64,000 nucleotides of DNA from positions 2,688,001 through 2,752,000 of the forward strand of contig CAWIPH010000002.1 of assembly GCA_963837955.1 (NCBI GenBank), in the 5' to 3' direction. A program made the translations under genes and the position numbers. The stretch is from an uncultured Verrucomicrobiae bacterium. Lineage in GTDB: Bacteria; Verrucomicrobiota; Verrucomicrobiia; Chthoniobacterales; JAFAMB01. Under the pieces are notes generated by a model that was given only the letters and a program-made list of their open reading frames with translations, had not been told where the DNA came from and searched no databases. Below, one piece after another: positions 50,809-58,348 of the stretch; position 1 is the first letter of the stretch, and every line of letters starts with the position of its first letter.

Positions 50809-51813
50809 CTATTCTTCCTGCCATACCAGATAAGCGATCGGAATAGTGTTGCGTCGGGCGACAACTGTCAAAGTATCTGTGTACCCGTTGACCATTCCTT
50901 TGCTGACGATCCGATCCACCGTGCTGTTTATGCTCAATAAGCCTTGCACCAATTGAAATTGCTGCGGCGTCATTCCCAGTTCAGTCCGTACCTGATCCAT
51001 CGTGACATAAGGCGTATCGTCTGCGGTGTACGGAATTCCGTCCGGCCCCCACCGGTGCTGGACAAAGTGTTTCGCTTGTCCTGGACTAATCCCGGTAACC
51101 AGAGCGATCGTGTCGGCTTCTGCGGCATTCACATTGATTGTTCCATCGCTCCAAACTGTGAAATATTTCGTCCAGTCGGGTTGAGCCGCCGCCACCGGCG
51201 CAAACGTCGAAACCAGGCTCATTTCTTCTACCGACCGAAAAGGATGGATGAGCTGGACGACGGGCTGCGTAGGATTTTGGGTTTGTCCCCCGTTCTGGCC
51301 GGCCGTCGCATCCAGCTGCTGCTGTTCAAGCTCTTTCGCCTGATTACTTCCCTGCTCCGGAACTTCCTGACCGCCTGTCACCCAATCCCGGAGCCCTTGG
51401 ACAGCCGCCAGAGCGGCATTGGTTTCGACGCCCCATTTTCGAAATAGACTTTCCAAGATATCGTCTCGATTGTTTTGCAACAGGAAATTGACATTCAACC
51501 GAGTCGACTCGCTGGTAATTGTCACTTGAAACTGGCCTCCATCCTTCGACTTTTGATTCAATAGTGCGTTATCCGTATTGGCGGTTTGAGGGTTTAGTCC
51601 GAAGGCCAACCCCGATTCCGCTAGTTGGCGAGCCCGAAATTGGTGATTGAAAGCTGAGTACTCATCCACGCTCGATTTCAGAAAGGCGATGACCGACACG
51701 ACCAAACTGGAGACCAAGAGAATCGTGAACAGGACAAGTAATAGCGCCGACGCGTTCTCCTCATTTCGATCCACTAAATGCCAATTCCGCCGCATATTTT
51801 CCGCGCGCTTCAT
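50809..51813 (-). CDS. gspK: Minor pseudopilin GspK
   Basis: SALLLVL hydrophobic helix without E5, ARQLAESG, RLNVN, F.SVEE, INVNAA, GPDG....DD. Confidence 0.82.
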   Translation of the reverse strand: MKRAENMRRNWHLVDRNEENASALLLVLFTILLVSSLVVSVIAFLKSSVDEYSAFNHQFRARQLAESGLAFGLNPQTANTDNALLNQKSKDGGQFQVTITSESTRLNVNFLLQNNRDDILESLFRKWGVETNAALAAVQGLRDWVTGGQEVPEQGSNQAKELEQQQLDATAGQNGGQTQNPTQPVVQLIHPFRSVEEMSLVSTFAPVAAAQPDWTKYFTVWSDGTINVNAAEADTIALVTGISPGQAKHFVQHRWGPDGIPYTADDTPYVTMDQVRTELGMTPQQFQLVQGLLSINSTVDRIVSKGMVNGYTDTLTVVARRNTIPIAYLVWQEE

Positions 51814-52562
51814 TGCTCAATCGGTGCAACTGGCCAACGAAAGATTGCTCGAGTCGGATTAGCCTGACCGCTTACCGCAAACGTGCATTCGAAGAGTGCT
51901 GGCTTAGCGCCCGGATCGGTCCAATCAGTCTTCCATTCACGTGTGCGCCCATCGAAAAACCGCCAATTGCATTCACGCAGACCGCTGACGACGCGAACCC
52001 ACTTGGCCCGCGCTGGTTCCCCGGAATTCGCGTAGCTGATAGTCGCGTCTTCCGGCTCCTGCACCACCGCAAATGTATAGCGGCCATCCGCCTGCGGTCG
52101 GGCCGCGATCACTGTAGACCCAAACTGAGGGCCGCTCGGCGTCCAGGAAAAATGAAACGGGACCTCCAAAAAGACCAACTCCAGCGCATTTTGGAGGCGG
52201 CGCGTCTGAAACTCAGCGGTCTGCGGCATCGAATCGAAATGTTTTCGCAACAATTCGTATAAGCCGTCGGCATGCTCTTGTTCGGACTGCAAATACTGGA
52301 CGTCTGTCGTAACCCGGACCGTTGTTTGGATGATCCGAAATACCAGCACAACGACTATGGACAGGATCGCCAAGGCCAATACGACCTCCAGCAGCAAGTA
52401 GCCGGCCGCCGGTCGGCGCCTTCGGCCCGCGACCGCGACATTGCTACCGCTACTTCTGGGAGCCGGGGTCGTTCTCGGCCGGCAATCATAAATAGCCAAT
52501 AGCCTATAGCAGATATTGGCTATCGGTGATTGGCTATTGCCTATCTCTTCCAGGCGGCTCAT
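51810..52562 (-). CDS. Minor pseudopilin (GspJ position)
   Basis: Class III signal G|YLLLEVVLAL; long leader. Confidence 0.75.
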   Translation of the reverse strand: MSRLEEIGNSQSPIANICYRLLAIYDCRPRTTPAPRSSGSNVAVAGRRRRPAAGYLLLEVVLALAILSIVVVLVFRIIQTTVRVTTDVQYLQSEQEHADGLYELLRKHFDSMPQTAEFQTRRLQNALELVFLEVPFHFSWTPSGPQFGSTVIAARPQADGRYTFAVVQEPEDATISYANSGEPARAKWVRVVSGLRECNWRFFDGRTREWKTDWTDPGAKPALFECTFAVSGQANPTRAIFRWPVAPIEQ

Positions 52563-52987
52563 GGCTGATAAACGATTATTTCCGCCTGGCTGGACCTCGA
52601 CTGCTTAGTTTCTTGCCAGGTCGCTCGCACTGTGATTCGCCAAAGATGGTCAAGCGGTTGGCCCTTCAAATTCGTTGCCTGCACCGGCACGACTTCACGC
52701 TGGTAGTGGACACGTTGATCTCCCATCGCGACCTCATTCTTTCCGGCGACCAGCTTGGTGGCAGAACTTTCGACCAAGATGCTCTCCAGATCGTGCCGTA
52801 CCTGTGAATCTTGTCGAAGCAGTCGGGCAGTGTCCGCTGCCTGCTGGAGCGCGGTTGTCAACGAAAGCCCCACTATGCAAAAAATAGAAAGCGCGAGCAG
52901 CATCTCCCAAAGTACAAACCCGCTTTGGCCGCTCTTATTCCCGGGCCGATCTCGGGCCCGCTCCAGAAAAGAAAACCAACTTTTCAT
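52559..52987 (-). CDS. Minor pseudopilin (GspI position)
   Basis: G|FVLWEMLLAL prepilin motif. Confidence 0.75.
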   Translation of the reverse strand: MKSWFSFLERARDRPGNKSGQSGFVLWEMLLALSIFCIVGLSLTTALQQAADTARLLRQDSQVRHDLESILVESSATKLVAGKNEVAMGDQRVHYQREVVPVQATNLKGQPLDHLWRITVRATWQETKQSRSSQAEIIVYQP

Positions 52988-53517
52988 GGGATAAACGATT
53001 CCTCGTCTTCAATGCGAGCAGTCAGCGGGTCGATCCGAAATTTGATCCAATCCCGACCACGCTGGAACAAGAAGATCAGCGGTTCGCACAAGCCGTTTGG
53101 CAAAAAGATCCAACGAGCATCAACGCTCCCTTTGAAGTCATCTTCGTTAAGTCGTTTAATGGCGAAGGTTACATCGTTAGGTAATTGGTAGTTCTCGTCC
53201 GGCCGTTGAGGTTCCGCTTTCCGGTCAGATGGCTGCAACACAAATTCGCCGTTCAGCAGCAGCAGCTGATACGATCGGTTTTCCGCGATGGCCGATCGCC
53301 TTGCTTCTTTGGCGAAACTCTGTAGCTCGCGCACGGGTCGGCGAAGTTGCTCCTCCTGGAAGAGTCGCGCGGTTGGTGGCGCTGCCACGGCGAATAGCAC
53401 CGCTACGATGAAGAGGACGAAGCAAACCTCTAACAAGGTGAATCCCGGCGCGTTCCGAGGGTGCGTGGTCATGTCGATGTTACGCGCACTACCCGCACTG
53501 CTGACGCGCCGGCTCAT
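52984..53517 (-). CDS. Minor pseudopilin (GspH/FimT-like)
   Basis: G|FTLLEV, ARRSAIAE, F.PNG.C motif. Confidence 0.8.
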   Translation of the reverse strand: MSRRVSSAGSARNIDMTTHPRNAPGFTLLEVCFVLFIVAVLFAVAAPPTARLFQEEQLRRPVRELQSFAKEARRSAIAENRSYQLLLLNGEFVLQPSDRKAEPQRPDENYQLPNDVTFAIKRLNEDDFKGSVDARWIFLPNGLCEPLIFLFQRGRDWIKFRIDPLTARIEDEESFIP

Positions 53518-53529
53518 AAGCAGAGACGC

Positions 53530-53991
53530 CTATTGAGTACGGCGAAAGATGTTACCGTCTCCCTCTTTGCGTTGAGGTCCAAGTGAATAGACATCGATGC
53601 CGGACGGATCGCGCTTTCCAGGATTGCGGTATTGATAAGGGGTATTCCAGGGGTCAACCGGCAAACTGTCCATCAATCGAATCCAATTAGCTGGTTGGGT
53701 GCCCGTAGTTGGCGGATTCACCAACGCCTCCAATCCCTGGGCCTGATCCGGCATCTGGTTATTGCGCGCTTCGTACAGCTTTAACGCGCTATAAATATTA
53801 GCGATATCCTGCTCGGACCGTTGGATCTTAGTGACATCCAGAATGCCTGTCATCTTGATGATCACGCCACCGGCGATCACCGCAATGATAGCCACAACCA
53901 ACATGATCTCCATCAAAGTATAACCAGCACGTCGGTGCCGACGTATGCGAGCTTTTTGAGACTTCGAGCCGGCCGCGAGAGGGGATTTCAT
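53530..53991 (-). CDS. gspG: Major pseudopilin GspG
   Basis: G|YTLMEIM, ALKLY, QGLEALV..P, DPWNTPYQYRNPG, DVYSLGP. Confidence 0.9.
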   Translation of the reverse strand: MKSPLAAGSKSQKARIRRHRRAGYTLMEIMLVVAIIAVIAGGVIIKMTGILDVTKIQRSEQDIANIYSALKLYEARNNQMPDQAQGLEALVNPPTTGTQPANWIRLMDSLPVDPWNTPYQYRNPGKRDPSGIDVYSLGPQRKEGDGNIFRRTQ

Positions 53992-54036
53992 ACAGCGTTA
54001 CAAAGAGAAACGAAATTAATGCAAAGGCGTTTCAAG

Positions 54037-54987
54037 TCAATCAGAGGCATATTGGACCTGCAGCAAAAAGTCGCGGATAGCGATGGGGTTCCCGGCTGGA
54101 CCTTCAAATTGAAATTGATTGTCGCCGATGACCAATTGCGTTGGCGGCAAGTAAAGGGCCCCTTTTCGCCAACCTACAAATTGACCGATATTTTCCGCCC
54201 CATAACCAGGATCGGTCAGGTCCGGGACCTCAAAGGATAGCGTTCCAACCACCTGTCCGTTCAGCCAGACTTTCAATGCACCGTTGAGCGGCAAACCGTT
54301 CACCATCACCTCGATTCGAGCCCGTTTCAGGTGCGTTGGGATGGTGACCGGAAACGACACTCCGTTCTCGATCCTTTCGGCTCCATCGGTGATCGAAGTG
54401 GTCAAAATCTTCCCTTCCCAGCTATCGGCGACCGGTGTCAATCGACTACCATCTACTTCCTCCGGCGCAAACATTTTGCCTCCGTTCATCACCAACGCTC
54501 CATTTGGCGCTGAGTCCACTAACCTAACAACCCCAGGTCGAACCCAATCGATCCTCACTCGAATCACATTCAGAAATCGCGTGCTGGACTGGAGAACGAT
54601 CTTTCCAGGTCCACCCATTGTCGGCCGGCTAATCAGCAACGTCCGTTGGTTCGGCAGCCCGATATTCTCGAGTAAATTGTCGCATAGCAGCTGTCTATCT
54701 CCCTGCCCGGTTTGCCAAAAGACACTAAGATAAGCGCCGGGCTCCTCGTTAAAAACAACTGTAAGCGCTATGTCGTCATCTTCGGCCCCGGGCGTAACCG
54801 GGAAGGAAAGTTCCGCGCGATCTTTTGCCACCGCGACCGGGCGCTCACCCATCCAGGCCGGGATATCGAGCTTCGAACTCGTTGTCGGATCGAAAACGAA
54901 GGTATCGGCCGTAGCCGGATAAGGCACGATCCACAAGCCTGCCGCGAGGGCGATCAACCAAGAGCGAAGCACCACGACGTCGTTCAT
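54037..54987 (-). CDS. Exported beta-rich hypothetical protein at the head of the T2SS operon
   Basis: GGAGG RBS upstream of ATG 54987, signal-peptide-like N-terminus, co-directional with gspG (45-bp gap). Confidence 0.65.
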   Translation of the reverse strand: MNDVVVLRSWLIALAAGLWIVPYPATADTFVFDPTTSSKLDIPAWMGERPVAVAKDRAELSFPVTPGAEDDDIALTVVFNEEPGAYLSVFWQTGQGDRQLLCDNLLENIGLPNQRTLLISRPTMGGPGKIVLQSSTRFLNVIRVRIDWVRPGVVRLVDSAPNGALVMNGGKMFAPEEVDGSRLTPVADSWEGKILTTSITDGAERIENGVSFPVTIPTHLKRARIEVMVNGLPLNGALKVWLNGQVVGTLSFEVPDLTDPGYGAENIGQFVGWRKGALYLPPTQLVIGDNQFQFEGPAGNPIAIRDFLLQVQYASD

Positions 54988-55229
54988 AGTCAACTTCCTC
55001 CGCCCAGGCAAGAAAATGGCGAGTTTGTTACAATCCAAACCATCCTCAGGGGGCTTTAGGCGCAATGTGTGTCGGCTTAATACCGATACAGCGCCACCAC
55101 AGGCTATGACCACAGAGCGGGAGAATTATTCCGGGACCTCCCAAAACGGCTATGAAATTTCTGATACGCTGAACCGGCGGGCGTTTGGTCATTTTGACCT
55201 CTTCGGAAGTCCGTGTTCAGGTAAGAGCG

Positions 55230-55667
55230 ATGAACATTGTCGATCTCACCCAACGTCCACCTCGGAGCCCACGCGTAACCCTCGGCGGATATGTCCTATT
55301 ACCTCGCATGTTGGATAAAGGCCGCGCTCATCTCGCCGGCAAAGCCGGGGAATATCATTTCAACTGTCCGCTGGATCAGCGCTTCGCGGGCTTCGCTGGA
55401 TTGAAGGCTGACGATATCCTCCAGCTTTTGAAGGAAGGAAAATCAGATTCCGAGGTTCTGGCGTGGGTTCGCGAGCACAGCCAGCGATCCGACTTCGAGA
55501 TCGCGTCGTGGACGCAGTTCCAATTACAACGCGGTCCTTCCGATAACGAGGGCCGCGAATTCTTGAGCAGTACGGTCCAAGAACTCGCCCCGAATCGAGA
55601 TGACATACAAACTTTTTTCGATTTGCTTGATCTGGACGATTTTGTCTCGTTCGGCGGAGCTGCCTGA
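55230..55667 (+). CDS. DUF5069-like protein
   Basis: DLTQRPPRSPR..LGGY..LPRMLDK.RA.L.G..GEYHFNCPLD...FDLLDLDD. Confidence 0.8.
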   Translation: MNIVDLTQRPPRSPRVTLGGYVLLPRMLDKGRAHLAGKAGEYHFNCPLDQRFAGFAGLKADDILQLLKEGKSDSEVLAWVREHSQRSDFEIASWTQFQLQRGPSDNEGREFLSSTVQELAPNRDDIQTFFDLLDLDDFVSFGGAA

Positions 55668-55706
55668 TGGCGAGGCTGCCGCTGCGCCGGCACCCATCCT
55701 CGGTCG

Positions 55707-55968
55707 GTAGGGTCAGGCTCCCGCCCGCGGCCGCGAGACCCAACGCGGGGAGGGATCGCGTCCCCGCGATCCCTTGTGGCCGGACCCAAGCGCGTTTGTA
55801 TACCAAGGGTTAAATTGCCTCCCCCAGGTTAGAGATCGTTTTCTCGGCGCGCGGGGACGCGCGCCCTCCCGGCGATGGAGCAGGCAAACCATTCTTAAGT
55901 TGACGCGTATGGGCTCCCGCCGGACCGCATCCATGGCAGGGCAACGGACGCACAGGAGCGCGTCCTAC
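55707..55968. repeat. Composite REP doublet interrupted by a one-ended IS231-like insert
   Basis: GTAG hairpin at 55707 and inverted partner at 55946-55968; direct repeat GGCTCCCGCC at 55716-55725 and 55912-55921; end (rc) CATACGCGTCAACTTAAGAA at 55892-55911; internal GGAG hairpins like those at 29441-29494. Confidence 0.65.
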
Positions 55969-55999
55969 CGGCGCTGGGCCCGTCCAAGCTCAGGCATTT

Positions 56000-56647
56000 T
56001 TATGCCGCGGCACCAACCACCTCAATCAGCGGCCACAATGAATCGGAAACGAATTTCGGGCGCGCCGAAGAATCGAGCAGCGGCAGGCCCAGGCGATTAT
56101 GCCAGAAAACGGGCATCCCCACGCCCGCAGCGCCCGATAGATCGGCCGGTGAACCAGCTACGAATAATGCTTGGGCTGGCTCAACCTCCAATTCCTCCAA
56201 CGCAAGCCGATAGGTTTGCGGATGCGGTTTGTAAAAGCCGGCGCGTTCTGCCGTTACAAGGTTGGCGAATTGAATCCCAGTCTTTTCTACCGCTATCGCC
56301 CCCAACGCTTCCGAACAGTTTGTCACAACCGCAAGTACAACTCGTCGTTGCAATTCCCCAAGGACTTCTGTTGTCTCAGGCCACGGTTCGAGCTTGTTCC
56401 AAGATTGAATTAGCCGGGCCGGCCGGTCCTCTGAAATCCCTTCTGCAGCAGCAGCTTCCCGCACGATGCCATCATAGGGTCGGTAGTTCCCAGCGGCATA
56501 AGTAAGTTGAATATATCTCTTCCGCCACCGAAGACCGATCTCTTCCGACTCGGCAACCTCGTTCCATAGTTTCCAGGAATTCAGCAGAGCACTTAAGAGA
56601 TCGAAGACGACCGCTTGATAGGGAGTTCGGCTGCCGGGGTTCATCAT
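56000..56647 (-). CDS. HAD-superfamily hydrolase (haloacid dehalogenase type II-like)
   Basis: VVFDLLSALL, VVTN, YKPHP, FVAGS..D motifs. Confidence 0.88.
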   Translation of the reverse strand: MMNPGSRTPYQAVVFDLLSALLNSWKLWNEVAESEEIGLRWRKRYIQLTYAAGNYRPYDGIVREAAAAEGISEDRPARLIQSWNKLEPWPETTEVLGELQRRVVLAVVTNCSEALGAIAVEKTGIQFANLVTAERAGFYKPHPQTYRLALEELEVEPAQALFVAGSPADLSGAAGVGMPVFWHNRLGLPLLDSSARPKFVSDSLWPLIEVVGAAA

Positions 56648-56691
56648 CGAATAATAGCAAATCCGACTATCGACGATTGCTCATTTCATAG

Positions 56692-57057
56692 CTACGTCTC
56701 CCCCCGGTAAACGCACCGGGCAGAAGGCGTTTCGTGAATCACGATCTCGCTCAAACCGGGACATTTCGGAGCTAGTCTTTGCCAAAACCAAGCCGCCATG
56801 AGCTCGATAGTGGGATTATCCAATCCTGGAATCTCGTTTAGATAACTGTGGTCCAACTGTTCCAGAAGCGGACTCATCGCTTCACTAATCAGCGCATGGT
56901 CATAGATCCAGCCGGTAGCCGGATCGACCTCTCCTTCCACCGAAACTTCCACCTTGAAGCTGTGCCCATGCATCTGCCGGCATTTGTGCCCTTCCGGCGC
57001 CTTTGGTAGCGTTTGCGCGGACTCGAATCGAAAATCCTTGGTTAAACGTGCTTTCAT
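56692..57057 (-). CDS. queD: 6-carboxytetrahydropterin synthase
   Basis: KDFRFESA, HKCRQMHGHSF, LDHSYLNEIPGLDNPT.E, ET. Confidence 0.93.
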   Translation of the reverse strand: MKARLTKDFRFESAQTLPKAPEGHKCRQMHGHSFKVEVSVEGEVDPATGWIYDHALISEAMSPLLEQLDHSYLNEIPGLDNPTIELMAAWFWQRLAPKCPGLSEIVIHETPSARCVYRGET

Positions 57058-57728
57058 ACCCCCTTGGTTTCCGGCGCCCAAATGAACTTGTGTAGTTGCA
57101 ATTGAAACCGAACCGGGAGCTTATCTGCGAGGAGCCACTCGACAATTGCGCGCGGATCAATCTTTCCAAAAACGGGAGAAAAGAGAATGGTCCCACATCG
57201 TCCAGCAAGGCCAAATTTCTCGATCTGTTCTCTCGCCCAGAGGTAGTCTTCGCGAGAACCGATCACGAATTTCACTTCGTCGCGCTCGTTCAGGTGTTCG
57301 ATGTTCTCTAACCGGTTACGGTGCGACTCACCGCTGGTCGGCGTTTTCAAATCCATGATCCGATGTACGCGCGGGTCAACGGGACTGATGTCATGCGCAC
57401 CGCTTGTCTCGATCAACACGGTCAAACCGCGATCAGCAAGTTCCCGCATCAGCGGCAACACATTCTTTTGCAGCAGCGGCTCCCCGCCGGTGATCTCGAC
57501 CAAAGGGCATTCATACGCTAGGACCTGTTCAACAATCTCCGCCAGACTGATCTTGGTGCCCTTATAAAACGCGTATGCGGTGTCGCAATAGGTGCAACGA
57601 AGGTCACAAAAGGTTAGTCGCACAAATACGCATGGCAAGCCGGCCCAAGTGCTTTCCCCTTGCACGGACTGATAGATTTCGTTGATGGTTAACGTTTGGG
57701 CGTTCACTGGAGCGATCGTCTTAACCAT
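57054..57728 (-). CDS. queE: 7-carboxy-7-deazaguanine synthase (radical SAM)
   Basis: EIYQSVQGE, CDLRCTYCDT, ITGGEPLLQ, IETSG, QLHK; overlaps queD. Confidence 0.92.
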   Translation of the reverse strand: MVKTIAPVNAQTLTINEIYQSVQGESTWAGLPCVFVRLTFCDLRCTYCDTAYAFYKGTKISLAEIVEQVLAYECPLVEITGGEPLLQKNVLPLMRELADRGLTVLIETSGAHDISPVDPRVHRIMDLKTPTSGESHRNRLENIEHLNERDEVKFVIGSREDYLWAREQIEKFGLAGRCGTILFSPVFGKIDPRAIVEWLLADKLPVRFQLQLHKFIWAPETKGV

Positions 57729-57820
57729 CGCACCGCTTTGCGTGTTGCCAAGGAGCCGGCCTCCGCGGTCAGCCTGTCGCATCAAGCTGGCGAACCGGCG
57801 CACTACCGTCTGACCGGTCT

Positions 57821-58240
57821 TTACGCGCCACGACTCATCCGAACCCTGGGCGGGTCTCTCGGATCGATCACCAACCCCAATACGTAGGTTCCGCTAAAAT
57901 CGGATTTGAAAGTCGAACGATCGCTTAACCACCGTTTAATCTCAGCATCGGCACCCGGAAAGCCCGATGATTTGAAAACACGAGCGTCGATCGCCCGCCC
58001 GCGATCGATGGTAAGTTGAACCTGGATCGGAATTTCGTGCGGATTGCTTCCCTGCTTCGCTCTGATTTCCCTCCATACTTCCACTGATAGGAGGATTGGT
58101 TGCATAACTTTGCCGACTGTCCGGGTTTGACCAAACCCATGTTCGCTGAAAATCAAACCAATAGTCGCGATCGCGAGCGACTGGAAGGTGCGAAGAAATT
58201 GTCTGCGTTTTTGTCCAGCCGGAAAATTCCACTCATCCAC
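57821..58240 (-). CDS. Small exported protein with a possible Tat signal and TonB C-terminal-like segment
   Basis: KRRQFL + hydrophobic stretch; VQLTIDRGRAIDARVFKSSG...DA resembles TonB_C. Confidence 0.5.
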   Translation of the reverse strand: MDEWNFPAGQKRRQFLRTFQSLAIATIGLIFSEHGFGQTRTVGKVMQPILLSVEVWREIRAKQGSNPHEIPIQVQLTIDRGRAIDARVFKSSGFPGADAEIKRWLSDRSTFKSDFSGTYVLGLVIDPRDPPRVRMSRGA

Positions 58241-58348
58241 GGAAAACGGTTTTGCCGGAAAAGAGCGCCGAGCTCAACAGTTAGTTTTGTTCGTTGTCCT
58301 AGCCGATGATCGTTGAATCTGAAGACGCTTTTGAACAATCATACAGCC

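Noticed and set aside
55713..56505. ORFs 55774-56505 (+) and 55713-55934 (-) as a transposase for the nearby element
   Set aside because: No DDE or HUH motifs; they overlap repeats and the antisense strand of the HAD gene.
57729..57820. preQ1 riboswitch upstream of queE-queD, or a 7-deazaguanine DNA-modification (dpd) island
   Set aside because: No preQ1 consensus or A-rich tail; no dpdA/tgt-like gene in the window, so ordinary queuosine biosynthesis is the simpler reading.
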